Of a stretch of DNA of 64,000 bases, positions 27,698 through 41,574 are shown in pieces. The notes beneath the pieces are model-generated. The model worked only from the letters and a program-made list of their open reading frames with translations. It had not been told where the DNA came from and did not search any database. Within the stretch, counting starts at the first letter, position 1. Every line of letters starts with the position of its first letter. Source of the stretch: Eledone cirrhosa (taxonomy: Eukaryota); NCBI GenBank assembly GCA_964016885.1, contig OZ024743.1, positions 250,418,001-250,482,000 of the forward strand, read 5' to 3'. The position numbers and the translations under genes are program-made.

Positions 27698-27989
27698 ACA
27701 TAAGAGGGATAAGTTGTGGTGTGCAGGAAAGAAGGTGGAGATGGTATGTGATGCGCATGGAGGATGACCGATGGGTGAAGAAGTGCCAGGAAGTCCCAGT
27801 CGAGGGAAGATGCAGTAGAGGTAGATCACGAAAAACATGGGTGGACATGGTGAGAGCAGACCTCAGATCGCTGAAACTCACGGAGGGGATGACGAAGGAC
27901 CGTGACGGGTGGAGAGATGCTGTGCTGAATAGGACCCGTCCAACCCTTGCAAGCAGGGAAAAGCGGACGTAAAATGATGATGATGATGA

Positions 27990-27992
<3 letters not shown>
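27698..27992 (+). mobile_element. RTE LINE 3' end with (GAT)n tail
   Basis: ERRWRWYVMRMEDDRWVKKC..RGRSRKTW..DRDGWR; tail aagcggacgtaaaatgatgatg. Confidence 0.85.
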
Positions 27993-28029
<37 letters not shown>

Positions 28030-28279
28030 TTATATATATAATTATGTATATGTATCATCATCATCTTCATCACTGTTTAACATCCATTTTTCCATGGGTT
28101 GTCCTGTTTTAGGTAAATTTGGTCAGGTGACTGTTTCTGGTTTGTTTTCAACCACATGTACACTGTGTGCTGGGTGCTTTTTGCCATGTTGCCATCATGA
28201 CCACATGATATTGTGGGCTAGAGGGTGGTGCATACTATATATATGTATTCTTCAGCTTCAGCTTGTGCCCATGGGATTG

Positions 28280-28900
28280 TGGGTTTTCTGTATTACTGCA
28301 TAACGCCAGAGATCTCGGTCCTGTGTCATCAGCTTTGAGAGATGCAGTTGAGTAAGTTCAGCTTTTATCACCTCATCCCAAATCTTCCTGAGTCCCCCCA
28401 CTCCAAGGTTTCCATCGACTTTGAGCGCTTTGTACCTTTTTATGCAGCTGTCATCCTTCATACATGTGTGTATATTTTCTTTTTTCCCATACTGAAAGAT
28501 AAATAAAAATATTAAGATGTTCACGTTAATGCAACAAATGCAGAATAAATGCTGAAGCTGAGACATTACAGCACCAGCTCCTGAAATTCTTTCACTAAAT
28601 TCAGCCTCCTGCATTCCATCACTCATGAACACAGCCCTGAGATACTTTAACTAATCCACATGCTTCAGTAGAACTCCACCCATAAGTAGAGTGCACTGCA
28701 CAGGTTTCCTTCCAAGCCCAGTTGCATATATCAATCATGTCCATGAAGATTATGAATAGGAGAAGTGACAGTACACACCCTTGGTGAAGTCTGATACCCA
28801 CAATGAATCGTTTAGACATAGCACCATTTATCTGATCACCAAATACTAGGGCGTTCATACAGAGACATTTAAGCAGCAAGAAGCTGCCCATCGATTCCAT
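28280..28900 (-). mobile_element. RTE-type LINE fragments (3' end and a separate RT piece)
   Basis: MKDDSCIK..DRDLWRYAV and LHQGCVLSLLLFIIFMD. Confidence 0.65.
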
Positions 28901-29072
28901 ATTCATAGAAGATAGTATATCTTAATTTCGAAGTATATATATATATATATATAACTCTCATAGTATATGCTTCAACTAGAATGTAAATAAATCCAAACTT
29001 ATGCCATCAATGAACCCAAGCAAACTCAAAGCCCAATCCTACCTCCAAAACCTTACAGAGTCAGGCACAAAT

Positions 29073-29788
29073 TACCATATACTCATATATAAGCTGAGAA
29101 ATATGTGACAAAAAAAGCAATGATAAAATGGGGGTGGGGGGTAGTGGTGGCTTATATTTGATTTCAATATTTAAGATGAAAGGCTTTAATATAAGTACTT
29201 TAAATCAAGCAGCTTTGTATCATGGAACTAGGGTCAGTTTCACATGGGTTGGTAATAAAAGGGTTAATGATCATAATTTCATTGGAATATATATTCAGAA
29301 GAGATCAATAAACTGGCAGTATCTTATTGATTTTTTCAGAAACAATAAAACCTTATTGGAGAAAAGCCAGTTTTTGAGAAACTCTATGTTTAGAAAGGGC
29401 ACAGGTAAAGTAATTTCAAAATAATGTATACATTTAGTTGGTGTGGGTTTTCAGGAAATATCTCTGATTAGTGTTGAATCTAAAGCTAGCACAAAATTTG
29501 GTATATATTAACACATTTGATATCAATCCAGTCAAAATTGGCTCTGGTTCTCTGAAACAAAATGTATCCTTTTAAAAGGTTCCTATTTACCCCTTTTGAT
29601 ACCAAATGTAGAAAAATAGTATTTTATTGTATCATAATCACTCCAGATATTTTAGCAACTTATTAACGTAGAATTTGAAGTTGGTGAAATTTGTCAAAAT
29701 ATTGAAATTGAATATAAGCCAACCCTTTATCTTATTATCGATTTTTTTTGTCACATATTTCCTGGCTTATATACGAGTATATACAGTA
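29073..29788. mobile_element. Non-autonomous DNA transposon with ~90-bp imperfect TIRs (Tc1/mariner-pogo-like ends)
   Basis: Left taccatatactcatatataagctgagaaatatgtgacaaaaaaa matches the right-end reverse complement tactgtatatactcgtatataagccaggaaatatgtgacaaaaaaa. A related end lies at ~300-430. Confidence 0.6.
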
Positions 29789-30921
29789 CATTGTGACACA
29801 AGCATTACCAATTTACAGTGTTTACTGGGTGCAATTTATTGTGGCACTATAATTAGAGATGCCTTCTGTATCCTATGTTCTCTAAAATAATATATATATA
29901 TATATTTTTTCATCATCATCATTTCATTTTACGTCCGCTTTTTCCCTGCTTGCAAGGGTGGGACGGGAACTGATTCTGGCTTGATTTCTACAGCTGGATG
30001 CCCTTCCTAACACCAACCTCATTTACAGTGAGTACTGGGTGCTTTTTTGCCGTGGCACCTCCACGACCACTTTACAGTGGAATGATAGGGACCCCAGTCC
30101 TTATCATCTCATTTCTACAGCTGAGTAAACTGGAGCAATGTGAAATAAAGTGCCTTGCTCAAGGAAACAACACATCACCCGGTCTGAGAATTGAACTCAC
30201 AACCTTTCGATTGCAAGGCCAATGCTTAAAATTGTTGGGATACAACAAGTAAATATTTTTATAACTGATATAAAGCACTCGACAAGTATTTGGAGTAGAT
30301 ATACGATATTAATAAGTGGAAACTATATTTATAAAACCATATTTATTTCATTATACATATTTCAGGGATACCAAATTAAATTATGGTATGCCTTCATCAG
30401 ACAAAATACAATATATAACAGTTTTACAAATAAGCTTTGACGTACCCTTTTAAAATACAACCATTATTTTTGGAAGCCATCTGGATAGTGAGTTGTTTAT
30501 ATTATTTTAATAAGTCATAGTGTTAAGGACAATTAGAAAAAGACGGAGAGAAAGAAAAAGACGGAGAGAGAGAAAGAAAAAACGTGGAGAAATATCGGAG
30601 AGAAATATCGGAGAGAGAGAAATGCATGGAGAAAAAAAGAAAGAGATAAATAAAGACAGGAGGAAAGAAAGAAAAAAGAAAAAAAGGAAGAAATAAGAAA
30701 AACAGAGGAAAGCAACAGAGAGATATTAAGTCATCAGACAGATAGAAAAACTCAAGAGAGAGAAATATTATATAGAGAGAGAGGGGGAGATAATGAAAAC
30801 TTTACGTCATGTCATATTAAGTTGAGTTAACAATTTATATGAAATGAATAATAAAAATATAAATATTAATATTCATGAATGGGACATAAATATATAATAT
30901 GAGAAATTAAACATTGTTTAA

Positions 30922-31112
30922 TAATTGTTTCTACTTTTGGCACAAGGCCAGCAATTTCCCAGTGTATTACTGGTACTTTATTTTATCGACCCCGTAAGGA
31001 TGAAAGGCAAAGTTAACCTCGGCGGGATTTGAACTCAGAATGGCAAGGGCCGTAACTCTATGCGTCAAAGCATGGCGTCCGACCCTCTACCGATACTGCC
31101 AATTCACCGCCA
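30922..31112 (-). mobile_element. SINE family A copy
   Basis: Reverse complement of the 2533-2706 family. Others at 33494-33675 (-), 39977-40168 (+), 51949-52130 (+) and 52187-52375 (-); older copies at 23119-23275 and 41575-41990. Confidence 0.85.
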
Positions 31113-31236
31113 TTAAACATTGTTTAATAATGACTATATGTTTAGTTTAAAACTTGAGATCAATATACCAAAATTTGGGTTTAATCATCCAAAATGTACA
31201 CATTGCTAGAGAAATCGGTATCTTAGGCAAAGACAC

Positions 31237-31468
<232 letters not shown>

Positions 31469-32420
31469 GCACGTCCTGAAAATAGAAATTATATTTACTC
31501 AAGTCAACAATATAGACATACAAAACTCAGACGATTTCTCTTAATCACTGCTATACATTCCTTGTTTTATAAAAAGTTCACAGTATATATACATAAATAT
31601 ATACGATTAACATTCATGTCTTCATATATACGATTACCATTCATGCATTTAACATTCTGTTAAAATTATGCATATCTGCAATCAAAACTGCGTGGTTAGG
31701 CAACATATCTCTTACCCACATACATACATATACATATATATATATACACATATATATGTATAAATAAATATTTGCGTGCGTCTTACCGCATCGCTCATGT
31801 ATACATACAGACATATATACAATCATAAAAAACCTATAACACTTTTATATGCATGTTAATACACACATACACATTTGTATAGAGATAATCAAATATCAAT
31901 ATATTACTAAGGATTATACTTTGGAAATATAATTATAACAATATAAATTTAAAATACCAAAGGATTATATTTTGGAAATACAATTATATCTGTATAGTTA
32001 AACGGACAAACGAATTCTAGAAATATCAAAGCATTAAATATCTTTAAAACACTATAGAGTATCTTAAGTTAAAATAATATGTTTCATATATTTAGTATAG
32101 AAATTTATCCTACGTATATTTCAATCAAGATATTGAAAGGGTAGACTTATGAAAATTATGAGAAGCTATCAGAATCAAAACAAAACTAATAAATGTCCTT
32201 AACACTATGACTTATTAAAATAATATAAACAACTCACTATCCAGATGGCTTCCAAAAATAATGGTTGCATTTTAAAAGGGTACGTCAAAGCTTATTTGTA
32301 AAACTGTTATATATTGTATTTTGTCTGATGAAGGCATACCATAATTTAATTTGGTATCCCTGAAATATGTATAATGAAATAAATATGGTTTTATAAATAT
32401 AGTTTCCATTTATTAATATC

Positions 32421-32486
<66 letters not shown>

Positions 32487-33693
32487 CTGAATAAGTAACA
32501 CATAAGAAATTAAAGCCAAAATTCCAAAGATTCTAAGCAAGACATAAAGGTCTATGTGTTTCAGTCTGCCTAATTGGGAAAAAACCTCTTGTTGCTTCAA
32601 GAACAAGTAATTTCCATTGAGTTAAGCAACAAACTAATTCTTGTATTCATGTTAAAACATTTGGAATTTGCAATTCTAATAATGACAAACAAATCTTCAT
32701 AAATTATTCCAAGTTAATATTGCTATAAAGTTTTATGTAACAACAAATCTCTCCTTTACATTAATGGGAATGCAAACAAGTGTTTACTGGAATATTATTA
32801 GAATTTTGATATTCTTTTATTCTTTTACTGATTTCAATCATTAGTCTGCAACCAAGCTGGGATTGTCTTGAAGGGATTTAGTCAATCATATCAACCCCTG
32901 GTACTTATTACATAATAAGTCATTACTCATCATTAACACTGCTGATAAAATGCAACGGACCAAGAGAAAAATAACCATATGTAATTATATATATATATAC
33001 ATATAATTTTGATGTAAAATGCCATGGCCTTTTTTGAAGTTTGTTGTTGCATTGTCTATAGGTTATAAGACATACAGACAATAACACATACTGACAGACT
33101 TGCTCTTAAAATTCCCTGCATTTTCAATCAAAACTCCTTAGTTATTATGGTGACTACTCGCTCTATCTATCTATCCATCTTTCACACAAGCACTCTTTCT
33201 CACTGTATTTTTCTCTCAACAACACCACAAGAACCTGTTGTTTTTTTGGAAACAAATTTTAATTCTATATCTTTCACACACACACACACTTTCTCTTGCT
33301 ATATTTCTCTCTCAATAACAACAACAACAAGCTGTCATTTTGCTGAAAGTCTTTTTCTTAAAGTCTGTGTTGCAGTGTTTATATGTTGAAGGACATACAG
33401 AAAACAAACACAACACATACACAACGCCCCTCAACACCACAAGACAATAAAAAACACACAACAAAAATGTAATATTATATATATATATATAAAATTGTTT
33501 CTACTTTTTGGCACAAGGCAGCAATTACCCAGTACATTACTGGTACTTTATTTTATCGACCACGTAAGGATGAAAGGCAAAAGTTAACCTCGACGGGATT
33601 TGAACTCAGACCGTAAAGGGACGTAACTATGCTGTAAAGCATACCGTCCGACCCTCCACCGTTACTGCCAATTCACATACATATAATGTATTT

Positions 33694-33744
<51 letters not shown>

Positions 33745-33788
33745 ATATATATATATTATATATGTATATATATATAATATATATATAC

Positions 33789-33847
<59 letters not shown>

Positions 33848-33978
33848 GAAGGAAATGTGGCAAGGAACCAGGTGGACCATAACGCACCAAAGTACTCAAT
33901 ACTTAGGTTAGTAGAGTGGGTAATAGGAACCAGTAAGACCCCGACGGCTGAGCTCAAGCCGTTTCGACGGCTAATTCT

Positions 33979-34049
<71 letters not shown>

Positions 34050-34701
34050 TATATTTATTTATATATTTATCTCGTTTCTGAATTTGTTTACCAAGATTCT
34101 TTATCTGAAAACGTGTGTTGAAATCGATATTGTTATACTTTGGGAGGGTCATGTTGCCAATAAGAAACACACGCGCCAGTTGAGTTTACTTCAATTTATT
34201 ATAAATTAAATTTATAAATTTAGGAATTTATAAATTTCCGGTTGGTTGGTTGGTTCCACAACGAAAGAACTTTGACAATATATGAACAATCGTCTGGTTG
34301 TGGAACCAACCAACCAACCGGAAATTTATAAATTCCTAAATTTATAATAAATTGAAGTGAAAGCAACTGGTGCGTGTGTTTCTTATTGGCAACATGACCC
34401 TCCCAAAGTATAACAATATATATATATATGGAATAGAATGAAACGAAATTTCATTTCTCACTCTTAGTACGGCACTTACTTAAATGTAAGTATTATGTAT
34501 ACGTACATACATATATGTATACAGACGTACAGTAGTATATATATATATACATACATGCACACATATATATATGCACGTATCTGTTTACCGAACATTTATT
34601 ATAATGCTCGGTTTGTTTGTTTGTAAACAAATAAACAGCCCGAATTACGCCATACAGTGTTTAGGCAACCACGTCACTTTTTGTTCAACACTGACACAGG
34701 A

Positions 34702-34744
34702 ACGATGTACTAGTTTCAAGCTTATTAACTATCGTCAGCATCGT
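34702..34744 (-). ncRNA. Minimal type I hammerhead ribozyme
   Basis: ACGATG CTGACGA tAGTT-aata-AGCTt GAAA CTAG TA CATCGT: 6-bp stem I, palindromic loop III, GUA cleavage triplet. Confidence 0.78.
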
Positions 34745-35231
34745 ATACCTTCCTGCCAGATGGTTGAACGTCTGAAAGTATATACTTTCCTTATACATAT
34801 TAACGGCTGAGCAGCCTAATTTGCATATCGAGTGAGTTCAGTCGGCCGGGCACACCGAAAACGATAAATGGAATAGAATGAAACGAAATTTCATTTCTCA
34901 CTCTTAGTACGGCACTTACTTAAATGTAAGTATGTATGTATGTATACGTACATACATATATATATACAGACGTACAGTAGTATGTATATATATACATACA
35001 TGCACACATATATATATATGCACGTATCGGTTTACCGAACATTTATTATAATGCTCGGTTTGTTTGTTTGTACAGTTTCAAGCTTATTAGCTATTGTCAG
35101 CAACGTATACCTTCCTGCCAGATGCGCCCGGCCAATTAACTCACTCGATATACAAATTAGGCTGCTCAGCCGTTAATATGCATAAGGAAAGTATATACTT
35201 TCAGATGTTCAATCATCTGGCAGGAAGGTAT

Positions 35232-35274
35232 ACGTTGCTGACGATAGCTAATAAGCTTGAAACTAGTACAGCGT
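35232..35274 (+). ncRNA. Minimal type I hammerhead ribozyme
   Basis: ACGTTG CTGACGA tAGCT-aata-AGCTt GAAA CTAG TA CAGCGT. Confidence 0.78.
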
Positions 35275-35867
35275 TCCTTTGTCAGTGTTGAACAAATGAG
35301 AAACGATGGTTGCTAGACACTGTACGGCTTAATTCGAGATGTTTGTTTACAAACACACCGAGCATTATAATAAATGTTCGGTGAATCCATACGTACATAT
35401 ATATATATGTGTGCATGTATGTATATATATATACATACTACTGTACGTCTGTATACATATATGTATGTACGTATACATACTTATATTTAAGTAACAGCCG
35501 TACTAAGAGTGAGAAATGAAATTTCGTTTCATTTTTTCCGTTTATATATATATATATAGAGAGAGAGATACGTGTGTTTAATGGTAGCTACGGTGCTTCC
35601 ATAGGCAGTATGCCAGTTGAGCACTCTATGCTCTATACAGAGCATTGGACGTGTTTTTTTAAGCTAACACCCCAATGAGAAAATTTGCTCCAAAAGCATT
35701 GCATGTGTCCGAAGAACTCGCAATTATAGAATCAGGCAGATCCATACAATGATCATACCTCGAGCTATCTGCCGGCGAAACAATTGTAACACGCAATAAA
35801 CTGAGTCTAGATGCATCACTGATTTTTCGTTTTTTTATATTATATATATATATATATATATATGTAT

Positions 35868-36050
35868 GTAAAAGGCAAACAGAAATAACAACACAATCGG
35901 TACAGTATATGGAAGGTATATATTAGGTTAACGCTTGATATAGCAGGAAGAGGGTCTTAACGTTTCGGAGACTAGTTATTCATCAGAAGAAAGAATGAGA
36001 AATAAAATAGATTAAGGGGATGGGCAGGATGGAATTGGAAAAAATGTCTA
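35868..36050 (-). mobile_element. Dispersed ~180-bp repeat (second copy 61780-61960) with a hammerhead-like motif
   Basis: Minus-strand consensus of 35955-35990 and 61867-61902: TCTT CTGATGA A GGA-6nt-TCC GAAA CG TT AAGA. Confidence 0.6.
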
Positions 36051-36703
36051 TATATTTATATATATATGGACGTTAAATGGTTATGATGATAATATATGTA
36101 TATATATATGTATATATATCAGTAGTATAAACTATGTTTAGATTTTAAACATCCTCCAATTGAGGGACATTTTGTCTACTAATTACTACAATAATCTCAG
36201 CTGATTTCAGGTAGGATTACACCCCATTGCTAAATTGCTTATATAGCACTACCCATACCATTAACAATAATAACACAAATGAACCGATTCTTCAGATTTA
36301 TCAAATCTAGGGAATATCAGACAAAAGAATAATAAATAATGAATAAAATTAATATACTCTTAAATATATTTGTAATTATAATGACAAGGATTTCCATTAT
36401 ATTCTAAATAACCTCTGAGAATTGTCTTTCAAGAAAACTGATGTTGAAGTAAAAACAAAAAGACAAAAAATACCTGAAGAATGAAATACATGGCATTAAT
36501 TAATTGTATTTTGTTTCTATTCGAGAAATGACAACACTTCTAGCTCTCTCATTTAATATTGATGCTGAAACTCATTATCACCATATCCTTTTAGCTTCTC
36601 CAGTAATTAATCTTATATATGCAGTAGTCTCTTTAAAAGGAATTTAATTTTCTTCCTCATTAATCCTCACACAAACCAAAAACAATAAAATAAAAAGAAA
36701 AAA

Positions 36704-36776
<73 letters not shown>

Positions 36777-37619
36777 TGATCTTTCTACTTTGTATTATAA
36801 TCTTTCGAAAATTGTATATACTTATTTTTATTAATTTTTAAAATTTTATTTTAAAGATAATTCTAATTTTAACATTAAACCTATTTACTTGTTTGTTTGT
36901 GTTTTTATTTAAACTTTTCTTGCCAAGTGCTGATTTCTTCTTCCTCATCAATGAGAGTTATTTGAAACCCAGGTTTGATACATTATCTTCTACCTTGGCA
37001 AATCCAATCAGAAATACTCATTAATTTGTCACTAACATGCTTCCAAACATGTAATTTCCTTTTTTTTTCCTGTTAAAGATAGTGCACTGCCAAAAATTTA
37101 CAAACTGTTTTGCTGTTGATTTTTTTTTATAAATAAATAATTGGGTTTTGTCTTCAATTAAATAATCTATCTACTAGTTGGACCAATCATCTGTCATCGC
37201 TATCTATCTACTAGCTGGACCAGAGAAACCATGGACTGTCACAAAACGATCAGAAAAGAGACTTGATGGTCGTTGTACAAGGAACCTACGTGTGGTGTTT
37301 GGAAACCTTTCAGAATGTACACAGGGTTTTCAGATCCTAAGAATATACGTCTCAGTGATCAAATTTGATTTAAAAGAGATTATAAACAATAAAGTAACAT
37401 ACCATCAAGATATGGACACCCAGAAAATAAACAGAAAAGTGTCTTGGATGCTACATCTGGCTCTTGGTGTGTCAACAACACAAACAATGAATACCTGTAT
37501 AGAATCCTCCCAAATGTAAGTGAGAAATTCAGAGTATGATGATTCAGTCTATCAAAACATTGTGTATGACATCCAGAAGAGAAAATGTCAGAGCTAGTCT
37601 CATCTGATCCACAGCACAG

Positions 37620-37880
37620 AGTAAGAAAGCGTGGTGGATGTCATGTCACATACATTGACAACTGGAAGCAGGATACTGGCCTGGTGTCTATGCAGGAATT
37701 GAAGATGGCAATGGTGGACAGAGAACTGTGGTGGACATCATGTCACATACATTGACAGCCTGAAGCAGGTTACTGACCTGGAGTCTATCCAGCAACTCAA
37801 ATGACAATGATGGACAGAGAAGTGTGATAGATTTCATGTCATATACATTGACAACCTGAAGCAGGATACTGGCCTGGAAC
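37620..37880. repeat. Tandem repeat, ~3 copies of a ~100-bp unit
   Basis: catgtcacatacattgacaac(c)tg(g)aagcaggatactggcctgg recurs at ~37642, ~37739 and ~37835. Confidence 0.75.
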
Positions 37881-38239
37881 AAATACCACGTACCATTTTT
37901 TCTAATACTAACAATACCCCTCGTCCACTGTCAAAGGCTGGCAATTTACATTATAGACCCTCCAGAATGATGGAAGGCAAGTGTTGATCATAGCAAGATT
38001 TGAACTCAGAATATAAAAAGCTGAAATAGATATGGCAAGGCATTTTGTCTGATGCACTAATAATTCTGCCAGGTCTCTGCATCCTAATAGTAATGATGAC
38101 ATGACATTGAGGACTATACAAAGATAAAAACAATAGAGAATGTGGTTTATATCGAGTAAAGGAAACAGGACATGTCTAAAGGGAAAACACTAGGTATAAT
38201 AGTAATTGTAATAAATACATAATTGTAATAAATACATTT

Positions 38240-40270
38240 CAAGGCACGAAGGCAGACAAACTAAACCATGAATGAAAGGCAAAACCACTACATGCTATAT
38301 TCTCAGAGCATCCTTTTGACAATGATATTGATCAGCATGATTCACTATCCTAACATAAAAGTAATGATCTGAAAGACTGAGGAACTCTTAGTAGCTGCAC
38401 AAGACCAATCTCTAAATACTCTGGCCTATAGACACAGAATAGTGAAAACTGGAACTAGCCCCTATGCAGAATATGCAACAAATACAAAGAAATGATAGAT
38501 CATGTTATCTCTGGGTGTTCAGAGCTGGCAAAAACTGATTATATAGAAAGACACAATTGCATTGCCAAATATGTGCACTAGATGCTCTCCTGATTTCATG
38601 ACATCAACACCTTCAACAAATGGTATGAACATCAACCAAAAACAGTCACTGAAAATGGCAATGTACCCATTCTGTGGGTTATGCCTATGATAACTGGCTG
38701 AGAAATCACTGCCAACAGGCCAGATATCATCATACAAAACAAAAGAGATATGACATGTAGCCTGATAGATATTGTTGAACCAACTGACAAGAATGCATTA
38801 TAAAAAACAATGGAAAACTGTCAAAGTACAAAGAGCTAGAAATAGAGATCAGGTGCATGTGGAGGATGACCACAAACACAATTCCTGTGGTAATAGGAGC
38901 ACTAGGATTAATACCCAAATCATCAGACCTGCATCTTGGCATCCTTCCCTGCAGGATCAGTAAATATGAGTTAAAAATGACTGGGCTACTAGGAACAGCA
39001 CTCATTCTCAGTCAAGCTCCCTCTTTACAATGAAAACATCTATTGCCTTAGATTCAAGGCCTGAACCTGTCAACAGAACCAAGCAAAATAACCGAATAAT
39101 AAAAATGATAATAATAATAATATCATACCAACATGTTTATGGCCTGGATTGACTTTAAGAAGGAATATAATATGATGCCTCATTCTTGGATTGTTGAATG
39201 CCTGCAGATATTTGGGGTTGCTGACATCACAAATTTTCTATGCTAGAATGGAAAATCAAGTTGAACTCAAGCAATGCATTTATTGGAGAAGTAGAAATTG
39301 AAAACGTTATCTTCCAAGGAAACTCATTTTCTTCATTACTATTTATCATAGCCCTTATACCTAATAACACTAACACTTAGGAAAGCTAGAATGGGTTACC
39401 AATGTGGAAAGAAAGGACCATTCATAAACAATTTTCTGTTTATGGAGGACATGAAACTTTTTGGGAAGTCTGAAAACCAGAAAGATTCTATGGTTAGAAC
39501 AGTCTAGATATGTAGCAATGACATTGGTATGGAATTTGGGATTTCCAAATGCTCTGTGCTCAATATGAAAGGAAGGAAGAAAGCAGACTGGAGTAGATTA
39601 CGACTGCCATCTGGAGAAACCATGGAGAGACCGGAAGATAATGGATATTGGAAGATAATAGATATAAGTATTTGGGGAGTTTAGAAGTGGGTGATATTTT
39701 ATTTGCAGAAATGAAAGAAAAGGTTAGGGAGACATTTAAAAAGAGTAAAAACCTGAATGTGAGAAATCTAGTCAATGCAATGAATATCTGGGCAGTTGCA
39801 GTAGTTATAGAGTGTCCCTTCTTAAGTGGACTGAAGAAGGAATAGCAAAGTTGGATAGAAAGATGAAAATGTTAATTACCTTGTATAGAGATTGTAAAGC
39901 AAATATAAATAGATTGTACATGAAGAGAAAGAATGGTAGTAAAAGTCTCATCAGTGTGGATTATTTATAAGTAGTGAGGGCGGTGAATTGGCAGTATCGG
40001 TAGAGGGTTGGACGCCATGCTTTCTAGCATAGTTACGTCCCTTTACAGTCTGAGTTCAAATCCCGCCGATGTTAACTTTGCCTTTCATCCTTATGGGGTC
40101 GATAAAATAAAGTACCAGTAATGTACTGGGTATTTGCTGGCCTTGTGCCTAAAGTAGAAACAATTATTTATAAGTAGTGAAAGGAGAACACTTACAGAAT
40201 ATTTGGTAAATAGCAATGAAGAGTTGTTGCAATATGCAGTATAAGATATGGATATGAATGCAAATGAAAT
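38240..40270 (+). mobile_element. Old R4/Dong-like retrotransposon fragments (Zn knuckle/RLE piece, then an RT piece interrupted by a SINE)
   Basis: [37 protein letters not shown]; IFQGNSFSSLLFIIALIP, FLFMEDMKLF, YKYLG. Confidence 0.7.
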
Positions 40271-41129
40271 GGCAACACTTAAATAATGAAAGTAGAAGGA
40301 AGAAAGGCAAAGTTGACCTTGGTGGGATTTGAACACAGGATGCAAAGAATCAGAACAAATACTGCAATTGGGACTTTATCCAATGCTCTACCAATTCTGC
40401 TAATCCACTTCTTAATAGTAATAGTAATAATCTGTTAGACACGCAGTGACTAACAACAGAATGTTTTAAGTCTGCATGTCTGAAATATATGTGTAGCTTG
40501 TGAATAAAATATTCAAGGGGTATCGCTGGCCGTGGTGATCCCTGCCAAATATGTTTTGCAATGTATCGTCTTATTGGCTAATCAACCAACGAGAGTAATT
40601 GTTGCTCAAAAGCATCCACCATTTTATTTGCATGTTTATTTATCGTTTCGGTTTCGAATCTTCCTTCTGTATTTTGTCGTTTATCATCAAAATATTTTTC
40701 TCGTTTTGGTAATTTATATTGTTAATTTATATATGATTTTTTAAATTTATATTTTTTTTTCAGTTCGTTATAACATGCTTATAATATTGGTTGTATCATA
40801 TTTACTTGTATATTTGTCCATATTATTGTTCGTTTTATGTTAGATTATTTTATTATTATTATGTTAGACTATTTGTATGTAATATTTAATTTTTATTAAT
40901 TCAACTATAACAATTATTATGTAAAATATATTTATTTAATATTGATTGTTTTTTGTAGTTGTTTATATTAAAAGTCTGAAACTATTTTTATACATCTTAC
41001 AATAATATTTATAAGATCATTTATAAAATAACAATTATATAATCTAATTACATTACAACGATAATTTATTATTAATATATATCATGTTTAACTAGAGTTA
41101 TTACAAGCGTTGCCTTAAAAAAATATTAA

Positions 41130-41574
41130 ACTAGACCTGAAAAATGCGCAAGCTCAAAAGAGCCACAGAATGTTATAATAAACCTTCAAAAGTGTGGGAC
41201 TAGAGTCGTTGCTCAAAAATATTGTAATCATTATCTACCATACACTCTGTGGCATCCTTTTATAAAAAAGAGGCTCATAACGAACTCAAGACGGCACAAT
41301 AATTATTTAAGTGAATTTATAATATAGAATTCGGTTTAAGTGCATTTCAAATAAATCATTAATAAACATCTAATATGAGATAATAAACATTAGCTTAAAT
41401 AGTTATTGTGTCGTCTTGAGTTCGTTATGAGTCTCTTTTTTATAAAAGGATGCCACAGAGTGTACGATAGATAATGATTACAATATTTTTGAGCAATAAC
41501 TCTAGTGCCACACTTTTGAAGGTTTATTATAACATTCTGTGGCTCTTTTGAGCTTGCGCATTTTTCAGGTCTAG
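41130..41574. repeat. Foldback with ~180-bp inverted arms ending ACTAG/CTAGT
   Basis: actagacctgaaaaatgcgcaagctcaaaagagccacag.. (41130-41310) versus ..ctgtggctcttttgagcttgcgcatttttcaggtctagt (41394-41574). Confidence 0.85.

Larger units (their letters stand above)
34430..35545. mobile_element. Non-coding ~440-bp hammerhead-bearing repeat: tandem copies plus an inverted copy (retrozyme-like or PLE pLTR)
   Basis: ggaatagaatgaaacgaaatttcatttctcactcttagtacggc starts at both 34430 and 34870. Inverted copy at ~35125-35545. The same family forms a palindrome at 44750-45412. Confidence 0.75.
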
